A stretch of DNA of 64,000 nt from Vicugna vicugna. Lineage: Eukaryota. The translations under genes were made by a program, and so were the position numbers. The DNA lies in contig MU061579.1 of the NCBI GenBank assembly GCA_013265495.1, positions 4,178,327 through 4,242,326 on the forward strand, given 5' to 3'. Below the pieces are notes generated by a model, which made no database searches, was not told where the DNA came from, and saw nothing but the letters and a program-made list of their open reading frames with translations. Each line of letters opens with the position of its first letter. Position 1 is the first letter of the stretch. Shown here in pieces: positions 1 to 13,759 of this stretch.

Positions 1-799
1 ATTAATGAATGCAGGAATTACAAAGGCATATTTTGTCTCACTTATTCAGTCAAAACAGGGAAGAAATGTATTGTATTTATTCAATTGAAATAAATGTCAG
101 AGAAGAGGAAGATAACTGAATTGGGCTATTACAAAGACTTTTAGAATAAGAAATTAACATTGAATTGCATATGTATTTTACTTTTAGTGTGCCAGAGACA
201 TACTGAATTGAAATTTATATCTCAAAAGGTCTATAGGAATAGGAATTGAGTCATTTAGTAAATTATTAAATTGTACTCTAAGAGTCATTAGCTTAAAAGT
301 TTATTATTGGATTAATTTATGCTATCACAGGATTTCTTCCATATTTTATATTCTTTTCAGACTCTTCTACATTTTCTGAAGGTTATAAAGGGCTTAAGAA
401 TTATATTACAAGAGGACAGTTTTTCTTTTCTTCAAGTTGGTTTACACACAGGCAGAACTACAGGCAAAGCAGGAAACATAATTCAGTGTTTTACATGTCC
501 ACATTACAGTAATTTTTTTTCCTTATAATTCCTCTGTGAAATTAGGCAGTGGAACATAAGCTCTAAGTGTACCTGTTTTAGGTAGGATGGTGTTCATTTT
601 ACTCCTTAACTTATTTATTTAAACTATAATCCATGGTTCTTTGGTTTGAGAGAAGAGTTTAGCGTTACTGGAGAGAAAACAAGCCAGATTTCCAGTCACT
701 CTATTAGTATCTTTGCGTACAAAGGATGTTGACTACTGGTTTTCAGAATTTTCTTCTTGAATCAGGAAAATCAAAAATTTTTCTTTGAATGTCCCATAA

Positions 800-1130
800 A
801 TACTCGCTTGCAAAATACCTGAAGCTGAACTCATTACTCTCTCTCAAAATATGCCCTCTCCTTCACTTTCCATCTTGGTGAATGATACTAGTCATTTAAT
901 TAAAGTCCCAAGGTCTTCCAAGATACATTTAGATTACTTCATTAGCTTTGAAACTGATTTTCCTGTTTTCTGCCTGGTCACAACCTAATCAATTTTACTA
1001 TTATTGCAAAATGTTTCTAAAATTCAAATCCATTCATAATATTCCCTTGTTTAAAAGTGCTTAATGATGCCCCAGTATTCGGAAGTTACTGTTCAAAATC
1101 TTTATTTTAACGTCTAAGAAAGGCCTTCAT
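800..1130 (+). mobile_element. Degraded LINE-2 (L2) fragment
   Basis: L2-like wording (aagctgaactcatt..., ttctaaaattcaaatccattcataatattcccttgtttaaaagtgcttaatgatgcccc). Recalled similarity, highly diverged; boundaries approximate. Confidence 0.55.
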
Positions 1131-2241
1131 CATATGACTGTTGCTTAAAATTTCTCTCTACTATTCTTCATATATACTTGTACCAGTTAAAATTATATTT
1201 AACTGCTAGTAACAAAAACTCAAAAACAGATTTTTAAAGCAAACATCATTTACTTCTCACAAAAAAATGTCCAGCTACCTGTGTCCTAGGCAGCTGGATA
1301 GAGAAAGGGTCAAAGAAGCTTGTCTACCTTTCCTTAAGAATTCTTTCAGGTGACATTAAAACTGATACTCACCTGCATATCTTTAGCCAAAATTTTGTTA
1401 TGTAGTCCTACCTAGATTTAAAGAAGGACCAGATATTCTTGTGATTAAAGAGTCAGAGAGAACTGATAGAGGAATAAAGATAAGTCATGTTTGATAGGCA
1501 ACTAGAGTTTTTTTCTATATACTTCTAACCATGCTGTATAGAATGGTTTGCTTTCTGAATATGTGATGTTTCACCAAAAGTCATGGTGCTCTGTCTAGAA
1601 CGCCTTGTCCCTTCATTATGCAGCTAAATTCTGTTCATTCCTCAGAATCAATTGAGGTCTCTTCAAGAAATTTTCTGTGACATTCTGAGTCTTGTTTACT
1701 AGGTTAGTACTCTATTTACACCTATACTATTATCACTTCTCACTCTAAATACTTTATGAAGTATTTAATTTTTAGTGTCATTTAACTAAATGAATTTCTT
1801 ATTATCACTGCTTGTTTTACCAAATTTTATATTCTTACACATTTATGCTCAAAATCAAGGCCTTCCTGTAATTATATAAACAGGGATATATGAGACACCA
1901 GAAAAGTTGATGAAAAAGGAATTTGTCACTCTTATGTGAGCCTGAGAGAAGTCAGTGGACAAATTCTGGGAAGTGATATTTTACATATATGATCTTTCAA
2001 GTGTTGCCAATTTTTATAGGACGACCTCTAAGGAAAAAAAAAGCCTTTTTAACCATAAATCTCATTTTTTCTATAAAAAATAATATTTAAATTCTTGTGT
2101 TTCATTTTGGTTTAAAAATTGTAATGTAAAATTAAAATTCTCTAATGCCTTTTTCTAAATTAAAATGTATGGAAAACATAAAAAACTTCAAAGAATAAGT
2201 GTTTATAGCCATTGAACATTTTACATGTATGCTTTATTTAG

Positions 2242-2388
2242 TTTCTCAAGCCCAACTGAAAAGAAATACTTGGTTATGTGTAAAAGCACAGTATATCTTC
2301 CTGGAGAGAAAGCTATTACACTGCCACTTATGGACATCCACAAATACAGGATGCCGGATGACCATAAGCATGAAGCGCATTGGGTGAG
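2242..2388 (+). CDS. Candidate internal coding exon of an unidentified gene: (x)FSSPTEKKYLVMCKSTVYLPGEKAITLPLMDIHKYRMPDDHKHEAHWV(R)
   Basis: Acceptor tgctttatttAG at 2240-2241 and donor GAG|GTACGT after 2388 (alternative donor TGG|GTGAGG after 2383). 147 nt, phase 2-2, open frame matching ORF 2225-2416. Higher GC and retained CpGs within very AT-rich, repeat-free flanks. Protein not recognised. Confidence 0.6.
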
Positions 2389-4552
2389 GTACGTAGCAAT
2401 AATAGATAGACAGTAAAAGGCAGAGTGCTACTGAAAGAGAAATGAGAGTTGGGGAGAAGTAACTTTATAGTAGGGAATAAGAAGGTGACCGTGCCCCAAA
2501 TCTGTTACTTTTAGAGGGCAGCAAAACAAAGTATGCACCAAATACTCACATAAAAGAGAAAAGACTACTAAGAACAAAGGAAATATTAAAGTTCTCTCAC
2601 AAGATAAACATGCAGTACCATGAAAATACATTTCTGCATGCCACTTATTTTAAGAAGATGGTTAATAATTGTATTTTGCGTATTATTTCTTTCATATGTA
2701 ATATTGGAATAATGCCTTAACTATTTAAACACATGAAGAATGAATCTCACCTAAATCCTTGGTAAAATATCCTGTTCTTAGTTGTCTTCCAACAAATGCA
2801 TGTTTATAATTGGAGGTGTGTTTCCTTAAATGTAAAGTTTTCCCTTGTGGTGGTTACCACATTTCTTTTTCATTCTTACTGATGATCTTAATAGTATCTG
2901 AGACACCTAGTGTGTAATAACTTTTTTCCTGCACATTTTAATTTATTCTCATTTTGACTAGATGAAACTAGAATTAGGAATTACTGATGTTAAATGATAT
3001 TACAAAAAAAATGAAAAATAGCCTTTATACATTTCTAGTGGTGGTCATTGCCAAAAGAAATAACATGAAAATACTTGATTTGATATAAAAAAACAATTAT
3101 AAACATGAAGAATATTATATACGTCAAAACTTTTCTAGATTTTAGCAATTAAGATTTGGTTACAAGTAAACAGTAATAGGCCAATTTTAAGGTTTAAACT
3201 GAATTTTAGTGGGTGGAAAAAAATGTATAGATAAATACCAAAATAAATTATTTTGAGAAGAATGTTCCTATAACTTTAAGACACTTTTATGGTATTTTAT
3301 GTTTTCCTTTTATATAAGCAATACTTGGAGGATGTGTTAATTATTATTTTAATTAATTATTGAAGGTTTCCTAAAAGCATGGGGTGTATTGTGGACTGAG
3401 GGCTGTGAATTGGACTTTGTGTTCGTCTCGGATCGACCATTTAACAAGTGTGGCTTTAAGCAAATATTTCCACTTCCAGTATCTTAACTAGAATGACTCT
3501 AACTAGTTAAAATTACTATATGTAACTTAGAATATTTATGTGTATTTTCTAAATTTTTCCATAATTTAGATTTCCTTTAGTTTAATTTCTAAAATAGTGA
3601 TTTGTCTAAGCTAATATGCTCCCCTACACAAAAAATAATTGATTATAATGTAGTTTTGAGCAAACCCAAAATTTGCAAATTTTATCAAAATTTATTCCAA
3701 CTTTATTTAATGATTTCAGGGGTAAATTCCATAAAAGATTCATATCAGTGCTTAGGATCTGATGATATTTCTATCAGCATATTAAACAATCTATAGTTCT
3801 GCATAGGAAGGTATCATAATATAGCTCAAAGATTTCAAAAATACCAGGACAAACCAAGATGACTTCTGAAATTTAAATGAACACAAATCAATGCATCTTA
3901 GATCAGACATTTGCCAAAGAGCACACTGTTTTCCTTATATATTCCCACACCTCTGTGAATAGCTTCTTTCAAATTATCTTAATTTAGCTGTGTCATTTAT
4001 TATCTGCTGTTACCCTCACTGATTCAATAATTAGCAGCAGAAGTGGCCCCGTGGAACAAATTATGAACATGGAAGTATGAGTTGGTTTTCTCACATATTT
4101 GAGCAGCCCTGGGATAATCTCATTGTTGGGCAAATGTGGCACATGTAATCCCTGGCATACAGTTCCAGCATCATTATTCAGATCGCTTCTGGTGCAATAT
4201 CGAATGAAATGCAGGAGAACGGCAAGGTGGTAAGAATTCAAATGGCTGTGACAATTAGGTGCCATGATAACAAGGATAAATAGAAAGCTGGATAGGCACT
4301 TGGCGTCTTCTGACATTCCCAGAGAGCAAATATAGGAAAAAAGAAAACCGAAAAGTTATGAGCATTATAAATTGCAATCTGTGTCAGAAGCCTGAAGACC
4401 TCCACAGCTTTGCAAGAGTTTCTGTTCACCTATAGTAATCAGGCAGTTATAGCTAAGGGCCAAGGCAGTGTCTGAAAAGTCACTGAAAAGGCAAAGTAGA
4501 AAACTTGCAGTTTCTATTAAAGGCTAAATTCTATCAAATCTCTTATACTAAG

Positions 4553-4753
4553 GTATGGATTGGCGATCTATGGCTGTCAGGTTACCACCTCTTTTTTATA
4601 AATAAAATGCTATTGCAACAGTCACAACATTGGTTTACATGATATCAATGGCAGAGTTGACAGAGTTGAGTTGTTCCTACAGAGACTGTATGGCCCACAG
4701 TACACACAATATTTGTTGTCTTTCCGCTGAAAGAAAATATTTGTGAACTCATG
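4553..4753. mobile_element. MER58-like hAT-Charlie DNA transposon MITE
   Basis: Recalled MER58A wording: ...ataaataaaatgctattgcaacagtcac...gagttgagttgttcctacagagactgtatggcccaca...aatatttg...gaaaatatttgtgaactcatg. Confidence 0.7.
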
Positions 4754-5089
4754 CACCATGGGAATGGCATTTGTGAAGAATGAGTGGGACTCTAAGACAT
4801 GGGATGGAGACTTTGATCAAATGTAGAGTACAAGAAAGGCTAACATCCAAAATCCATGGTCTACCAATGCCTGTGAAGGCAAAACCATGTCCACTTTTCA
4901 GAAAACCATCCCATTTTGATATACAAAACTTACAAGAGGGAAACAGTTGCCTTATAAGCACCTCTGCCACCTTCACGTAACAAGAAGACTTAGGTAATTC
5001 TGGAAAAGCACAGGGAGACAACAAGCTTTTATGGTAAAAACAAAACAAAAACACCCAAAAGAATGTTTCAGTTTGTATTAGTAAGGAAG

Positions 5090-5680
5090 ATCTTGAAGAG
5101 CATGTGAGGAAATGGGAGTTAGACAAAAGGTAATAAAATATAATATTCAGTTTGGACAAATTCACTGGCATGGGTGTACTTAACCAGGTTTTGGGAATTT
5201 CACATGTTGGTTTGATCTACTGAGAATGCTATTAATAGTCTATTAGATTACCTAATTAAAGCCTGGACTTAGTGGTGACCTGTAGTCAATAAAGTCAGAC
5301 TCAGAATTTCTCTTATATACTCTAGAGAAGGAGTTTCAAGGGCTCAAGAAATGAAAATGTTGGAGTTAATCTATTTTGAGCCACCTAATCAGCTACTTAC
5401 TAACCATAACTCCCAGGAGGGCCACAAAAATACTTCTTTTTCCAAAGCATTCAAAAAGTATTGACCTGGAGGGAAGGGTTTAGCTCAAGTGGTAGAGCAC
5501 ATGTGCAGCACCCAAGAGATCAGGGGTTCAATCCCCAGTACCTCCTCCAACTGGAAATCAATGAAGAAACCTAATTACCACCCCCACCCCTGTTAAAAAA
5601 AAAAAGCCAAAAAAGTACTGACCTGGAACAATCCACTTTTTTAAAGAATTCCATGATGTCTATTATCTGGACTGGTGTAC
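5090..5680 (+). mobile_element. ERVL/MaLR internal (gag-like) remnant, interrupted by a SINE
   Basis: Segments tttggacaaattcactggcatgggtgtacttaacc and ggctcaagaaatgaaaatgttggagttaatctatt...cccaggagggccacaaaaatacttc resemble ERVL gag. No ORF survives. Confidence 0.5.
5468..5609 (+). mobile_element. tRNA-Ala-derived SINE (Vic-1-like, camelid type)
   Basis: A box tagctcaagtgg, B box ggttcaatccc, 3' tail aaacctaattacc + C-run + A-run. TSD aaaaagta(t/c)tgacctgga at 5453-5470 and 5610-5627 (1 mismatch). Confidence 0.9.
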
Positions 5681-5757
5681 AAGTTAAAGAAATTAATGTC
5701 ACCATAAAAGAAGAAGATGCTTCCTACCACATTCTCATTTAAATTGCTGACTTAACT

Positions 5758-5862
5758 TGTGAAACTGAGGCACAGAATAGTAAACTAACTTGCCCAGATT
5801 TACCCAGCTGTCTTATAAGCAGAGGCAAGAGTCTAATCTTCGCAGTTTGAAACCAGAATTCC
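5758..5862 (-). mobile_element. MIR SINE core fragment
   Basis: gaaactgaggcacagaatagtaaactaacttgcccagatttacccagct is the reverse-strand MIR core. Confidence 0.75.
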
Positions 5863-8800
5863 TCTTTGTAGCAAATACACAGTATTGCCCTTCAGACAAT
5901 GAGGAAGTTAGTCAGTGGAAGTGGAAAGTGGGTGTCTGCAGCAGAGGAAATAGTATTTTTTCCTGTAAAAGTGTCAGTTTTTCCGGTTGGGGAGACACGA
6001 TGTGTTGTCACTGTAAGCAAGAAAAGAGATAATTAGGAATTTTAGAGAGTTAATATAGTATTTGACAAAAAAAGAAGATAAACTTGAACATCAGTTTTTG
6101 AGAAAGAACAATTATCTGGTTTCACTGGCATATCAAGAACTCAGTTTGATTACTTGGGCATTTTCAGCAGAATATTGTTGAATGTGTTGTTTCTTTGAGT
6201 CGTATGTTTCTATGAAGTGCCAGTTACATCATGCATATGGAAAATTGGGGGTGCTGGTGACTATTAGGAAATAAGAAATGAGATATTTTAGTATAAAGAA
6301 ATAACTGGTATCCCAACTATAAAAAATAGACTACCAAGATTAGGGGGCACAACTTCACTTGTGGAATTGCATATAGAGTACAAAGTTAGTTTATTTTTTT
6401 ATAACTTAGGTAATGACGTTTGCTACTCAAGAATAGGAAGAAATTCTGTAAAGGAGTTAAAAATTCTGAGAATTTCCTTTATGATCCCCAGGAATAATGG
6501 TCAGGGACAACCCAAGAGAGGTACATGGCCTCCATTTTCCTTGGAGTGAGGTTAGATGAATTTGAGGTAAAAAGCAGAGATGAAATGATTTTTATGTCAT
6601 TTGTAGAGAGCTGAATTACAGGCAGGATTTTGGATTACCATGATTGGGCATTGGGACAAGGCCTGAGCACACATTCTTTATGAATTAAAACAGGAATTAA
6701 CACCATATTTAGTCTGCAATGCACTATGTAATATCTAAAAAATAAAGTTGCATATTGATATTGCAAAGTAACTGGAAAAGCTGTAGATCAGCCCAAGCGT
6801 TAGTCAAAGCAAAGTTTCAACTGCTCTAGTTTAAAAGGACAATAGTGATTTTTAAAAAAAAGAAGTATTGCTCTTGATTTACACTTTTCGGAGTCCAGGA
6901 CCTTAATAAACTAGAAAGGACTTTACCAGATGGAAAGCTTGAGCTGCATGGTTGCCTGCAATCCCTGTAGGAATTTCCTGAGTTACCTCATTTTATGCTT
7001 AGAACAAGTAGTTTTCTGAAGAAACTAAGGTTCATCACAGTTAATTTACTCTCTTAATGGGTGACAGAGCTTATCAAACATAAAGCAAGAATTTCATGCT
7101 AAGTTTCCCTGACTCAGCAAGTCATTTCTCTATATTCTATGCCTGCCAATTAACATAATAATCATCAGTATCAACACTTGAATTAAGTTGACCACTTGGT
7201 TACTTTAACTGTCAGTGGAAGCAGTTGAAATGACGAGCCTGATAAATGGCACATTGATACTTAGGTATGAGTTTAGTCATCCCAAATTAGTCAAAAAAGA
7301 CACTATAGCAGGAACCCTTGTTCTTAGATTGCTTGTAACCTTTATAAACAGATACTGTGCAGCATGTATCTGACCATATTACCTAAATATATTTGATTTA
7401 GTATATTTGAAATCATACACTATTTATAGGTACATTTCTATGCAGAACCAATTGTGTCAGACATGGGAGCCTCAGGGGAAAAACACTGCTATCTTCAGAA
7501 AAAAGTGTATTTAAAGTAAAGAGAAGACGTTGAATTACTATGCCTATGTATATGAACACCATAAGGATGGTTTGTTTATAACAACTGTTGTCGTATTTTT
7601 AGCATATGAATCAAAAAATAACCACTTTCAAAATGTGTTAATAAAGAGATTCATTTAAGTCTGTAGCAGTATATGCCAATTAAGTCATATATGCTGCATT
7701 ATATATTAAACAACTATTTTACTCTCTTCTTAGCTACTTTATTGCAATTTTATGTTTTGGTTAGCTTACTATTCGCAATATGCACACATTTTCTTGCGAT
7801 TATAACTGGTTACATCATGCTAAGTCATTATGCAAAATAATATATTATTCATTCTATCAGTTACTTACGTTAGTGCTTCTTCATCTCACTGTGCATCTTA
7901 GCTGACAGCAAAGGTTATTTAAAGGGGAACTGTTTTTAGTTGCTATGAATAGGTTGAATGAAGAGCAGTGCGCCGTACAATATTGTTTTGACTTTTCATG
8001 TAAAGATTATGAGAAACCATGATCTGTAAACCAATTCAGTAAACTGTAATCGGGAGAAAATGAACTAAATATCAGGGTGATTGCTAATCTATTTTCATCT
8101 ACCCTCAGAAGGACAAGTCCAATACTGGGCATTTTCATTTATGGAAAATGAAAGAGCAGAGATTGAGCAAGAATCTGAGAAGAGTAACAACGGAATGAGT
8201 ACTTTAAGTACGCTGAAAGAAATACTTAGGGCAAGAAGGAAAGCAGGAAGTAGGGCTTAATGTTGGGATTCAGAGTTGTACAGAGAATATTGGAAAATGA
8301 GCATTGTTCATTCACTGTTTTATTTGGCCATGTAATTGTCAACAGAAACACATGAAAAATTCAGGAATCATAAATTTTAAACCAATCAAAGAAACAATTG
8401 CTTTATGCTTAGTCATCCTGTTGTCATAAAAACAAACCTTTCCTGTAATCCCTGAGATAGATTCTTGCAGGAAACATAGATTTTCCTTGCCTTGTAAAGA
8501 TTCAGGGTGGGATGGAGAAAAAAATAATTTCACCTTATTATCTGAATTAAAACTAGGATGAAACCTTTCTTTGAAAAAACTTAGTATCTGAGGAAGAAAG
8601 GAAAATCGGGTGAAAGTAAACATAACTCACTAAGGATTCAGGTTTTTCCTTTAGAAAAACATTTGTGTCTCTAGAATCCCAGGGCCAACGTCAGCCTATT
8701 CACACCTCTGTATGATTTACAGGAATGAATCTCTTCCGGAATAAAATAACTCCATACAAGCCCAGTAAGTAGAGCAGAGACTGGATATGTGTCCCCACTA

Positions 8801-11800
8801 ACCCGTGGCAGACAGTCTGCAAAACAGCAGAAAGTTGCTGGATTACCCCACCTCCAGGACCTTGCCTTTTCCTCCTGACCTAAGCATTTCATTCATTGGT
8901 TAACAGTTATACTAGGTATAATTTCTCTTTTAATTTAGGCTGAAATACCATAAGGAAAGGAACTAAATATGTCTCAGATTGTAGTAGAAAGGTGAGAGAA
9001 GTTATTAAATTACATAGTAATTTTGTTGCCAATTAAAAAAACACTTCTATTAATACAAATAAGCAAACCTATTGTAAACTATAAAATCAGAACAAATGCA
9101 CTTCGTAGGCATCATTACACTGTCCTTAGCCCATGTAGCATATTTTTTTCTATATTATTTGGTAACTGATTTCAGTGTCCAATGGGATGTTCTGTTCAAT
9201 AAATATTCTTGATGAAAAAAGCCTCACTTAATAAAGTAAGAAAGTATAAGTAACCTAAATTGGCTTTCAAATGTTGGCATATGCCAGTTAGCAAATCTGT
9301 GTTTGACAAGTGTGTGTATTCTGATGCAATATTCAAAAACAAACAGTTTTTTAATCAGTTTGACTTGGTTTAAATAGGCAGTGATATGTGGCTCACTTTC
9401 AGGAAAAAAAAAAGATGCAGTTAAAGCTACAATAAAACATTTAATTAGTTTCAGTGAATTCAATTTCCCAAACTCTCTTTCATAGACTGATTAAATTCAT
9501 TTCTCAGTCTCGACTATGTATCAGTTTTGGCTTTTGATGTTAGGGATTAAAAAAATGAATGAAAGTTTATCTCTGACCTTAAAGAACTCACAATTGGTTC
9601 ATGACAACATAATTTTTACCAAAATGAGTTCTTGAGAGGACTAAGAATGATCTTTGCCCTAATGCTTCCCTACAATAAAATGGTTACTCAGAGTGCATCC
9701 CTATCTAATTCCAAAGCCAGCCTCAGAGGTACTGGAAACTAAATTAGAGATCTGTTTATACAGTTTTGATTTCTGAATTCTTACTACTATAATACATATG
9801 TTCTTTTTTTTTCTCCGTGATTTACAATAGTAGTTTTAAGAAACACATATAAATACTTTGTTGATAAGAAAACATTTTTTAAAAAAGAATCAAATGAGCA
9901 ACAGGAAAAAAATACTTAATTTCAAGCAAATATGTATTTTTTCTTAAGCTTCATACCATTAAATCAGATTAACTAGTATTCACAAAACTTCATGGTTCAA
10001 AAATCATGTTGTTTTATATTATGTTTTTTAAAGAAGTTTAAAGTGACGAAAAGGCCAGTAAAAGACTTTCATAATTGTTTAAAAAATGCTTATTTCCTTT
10101 CAAAAATGGAAAGGCACATCCATCATATGGATGATGATGAAGGAATGATGAAGGATTAAGACTGGAACTTTTTACTCTCTATCTTTGGTCCTGTGCAATG
10201 TGTCTGTGAAGAGCAGTGGGTATTTTAGTGGATGTTTCAGTGGATAAACTTCAGAGAAATCTTAAACCTGATATGTATTCAAACCCCAAATGGCCACAAC
10301 AGTCATCCAAACCAGAGTCATCTTCAAAATTCTTACATGTCAGTGTCACTTCAGGCTTTTGACCCTAGACTTTGAGTGATTTTTGTGGAATCTCACCTTG
10401 GGGTTATGATACGATTTTTGGACTGTCTAAAACTTGTAACTCTAGAGTGATACCTTATCCTGATGCTGAACTGTCCTTGAATAGCAGTTTGTAGAATCTG
10501 CATTTATGTGATTCTACTTATCTTTTTATATTCTGTCTCTGTAATCCAGGGGAAACCCATATCAATACCTTTTGTCTATCTATATTTCTTTATAAAGTGT
10601 CAGCAAATAAAACTTTAGGTAATATAATTTCTAGGATAATGAATTTTGTCAGGGATTTTGATTCTCAAAGAATTAACAACTTATTACATGAGTGTCTGAT
10701 CCTGCCCGTATACTTTGTCTTTCTACATAGAAAATTCCCTTAGTTTCTACAACTGACCTTAATTCATGGAAGTTTTCCAGGAGTATGGAGTGTATCACTT
10801 TGGACACGATTAAAAGATATAATAAAACACAAGTAAGAATAAATTTCCTATCTGACCTCCTAAAGAAAGAGGGAAAATCTAACCATCAAAATCACTTTGA
10901 GGATAATTATAGCATAATTAGAAATTCTAGTCTTATTTGTGGGACTCTCAAAAATGAGAACTGAATGAAATCACATTCAGAAATGACCTAAGAATTCAGT
11001 GGACCTTTCTACTGTGCAAAAGTAGAAATACCAGGAGAAATACCTTTTCTAAAATTATAATGAAACTTTATTCTACATCTTCTGGAAACCTGTTATGTAA
11101 TTTGGCAAATTCTAATTGTGTTTTATTTTCTTGTGTAGTTTTAGTCCTCTCTTCTTAGCTTTGCTCCATGTAAAGTTCTTCTTGACTGTATATATTCAAT
11201 TTCCCCCAATTGTGTTCCAGAAATCAAAAAAATGATTGTATCCTGTTCTAACCTAATATGATCAGATTTTCTATATTCTCTTATGAATGTTTTGTCAGTG
11301 TACCTAATAACTTCTGTTGACCCATTGGAATCTACCACAACTATTTTACCATAATTTTTAATTGAAAATACAGTGAATGTTTGAGGATGAGGTTTTTCTA
11401 GTGAGAGGGAAGAAGAGTTATCACCTCTATGTTCTTGAATGAGATTTCTGCTTCAAGAAATTACAAAATAACTCAGTCATTTCTATTGCCACATTGCAAT
11501 GCAAGCTTGTATATAATTTACCTTCTATCATTACCCAGGGTCCCTTTTGTACTGAATACAAGTTTTATCTGCTCCTTGAATGTGCTAGGTTATCTTTTCC
11601 AGATGCTTTATGTGTTTTGCATTTTTGCAGGCTGACTCTGAGTTTGTACAACCTTTTCTGTATCTCTGCCCTGTTTTGGTGCGGCTGTATGACATTATTT
11701 TTGCTTTCTTTGTTAACTTGTCCCAATTTAGAATCACCCGAAAAAATTATGTTTATATCCTGATTTAGCCATTTTCCCAGATTTCTAACAATAGATTAAA

Positions 11801-13759
11801 TATTTCTGACTTGTATAATACAGAATAAAATTTGAAGTTAGTGTCTAGAATAACTCAAACACAAGTATAACCTTACGCTTTTAAAATAAGAACTTGATTT
11901 AAAACCATGGCTATGTAATTATTGTGAATATACTCCCTTTAACATTTTCATAATGTTTTTGAACATTTTATATCATGTAGTGAAACGGTCAGTTATAAAT
12001 TATAGCTCACAACCCTTTCCTCTTAAATGAGAAAATTCTTGAATTTGAGAAAAAGATCATTGTCAAGTTAGACAAAATACTCTGTCAAATGGAATAGGTT
12101 ATACCATATAGATAATTTTTTTATAATTATTATTACTGTAATTTCATACAGATGATATATCTGAATCAGTTTAAATCTATCACAAGATGTTCATATTTTG
12201 AAACAGTTTTTAGAGCCCTATCATTGCTTTACGTCAGGATTCCTTGGTGGCTCCATTAGGTTAATCTACAAATATTGTTCACATATATGCTATTTAGCCA
12301 TATTTCTGGCATTGTTTTGTTAACGACGTTGTTGGTGAATGAAGAAATTCATTTGAAGAAAGCTTTATCCAGTTCCTGTGGAAAAATTAGAATGTTCAAA
12401 ATCATATAATTGTTCATTTTCTCAGGAAAAAATTAAGTCAGGACCATAATATCACTATAATTAAAATGTTTTTATTCAACATTGCAAATCATTTCCCTGA
12501 ACAACTGGGTCTTCCAAAGCCTGTGCCTCCAAAAGGATTTTCTAGTCATTCCTTTAGAATCTTTTCCCATCTTCTCTCTGTACTTGATTTCATTACGCTC
12601 CTTAAACAGTGTCTGCCTCCCATAAATAGGTTTAGACTTCCCCCACAATTTCCCACTAAAATACAACCTGAATCAAAAGAGTATACAGGAGAGATACTAC
12701 ATTTCTCATTAAAGCTGCTGGTTTACTCTTATTAGCTCCCCCTTGACTTCCTTTTAGGAGCTGGGCTCATGGAGCAGTGTTTTTCCATGGCTGCCTTTGC
12801 TGGCTTGACTCATCATCTACAGTTCTCAGGAAAAATTATTTTTAAAATGTGGACTTTCTATGATAAGCATGGAAATAGATATTGAGGAATATCTCAGAGT
12901 TCCCTTCTAAGATATGTTTTCCTGACAGTAGTGTCAACACTGTGATTTTAAGAAAGGAAGACTTAGAAACTGTTTTATTCCACAAACACATTCTTTGGGA
13001 CCTTTGCATTATGGCCACTAATGGGTTTAAATATGAATGCATTCCTAATGCTATGGTGTTTCTATCAGGGATAGAAAATAATTAGGTTTGCATAACTAAC
13101 CTTATTCTTTCTTAGAGATATAAAATTGTGTATTCAGGGAATCACTCATTTTCTTTTGCCTAAGTGCTTTGAGTCAAAGATCAAGAGTATACTACATTAA
13201 TTCAGTAAGCCTTTACTGAGTGCTTCCTTTATGTCACGCAAACCATTGCTTGGTGCTGTTGATGCAAGCCAGTCAATGTTTTCTTTGGAAGATTTTTTTG
13301 TTCTGTTTTCTAGGCACAAACACGGAAACCCCATTGCTCTGTATGGTCCTTTTCTATGTTTTAAGGAAAAGATTAACAGAGCTAATCATATCATAAGATT
13401 GTGAGAGAGATTGCATGCTTCTCATAAACAACTCACATGTGCATTTTAATAGTGACTTTTGAGGTGATAATGGTGCCATCTTTTATTATTCATGGAACAT
13501 GGAGTAAGACTGTCAAACTGTGAGAAAAATCAATTTCAAGAAGATACTTGACCATAAATATATGTGAGGAGGGAAGAATTTGTGGATATCTTCTAATAAG
13601 CATATAGTGTCAGTCCCAAATTCATGGATTGCTCATCTTTCCTTTCAGGCAGCCATTTTCTTGATCAGAAAGTTTAACAGGACAGTTTTTCCAAGGTTAG
13701 ACCCTTATTTTATATTAGTTGAAGAAGTTTAGGAAAATTCTGAAAGACTCCATAAGTGT

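Noticed and set aside
3993..5171. Minus-strand ORFs of 107 and 140 aa
   Set aside because: No recognisable domain or supporting splice/promoter context; the second partly overlaps TE debris, and lengths are compatible with chance.
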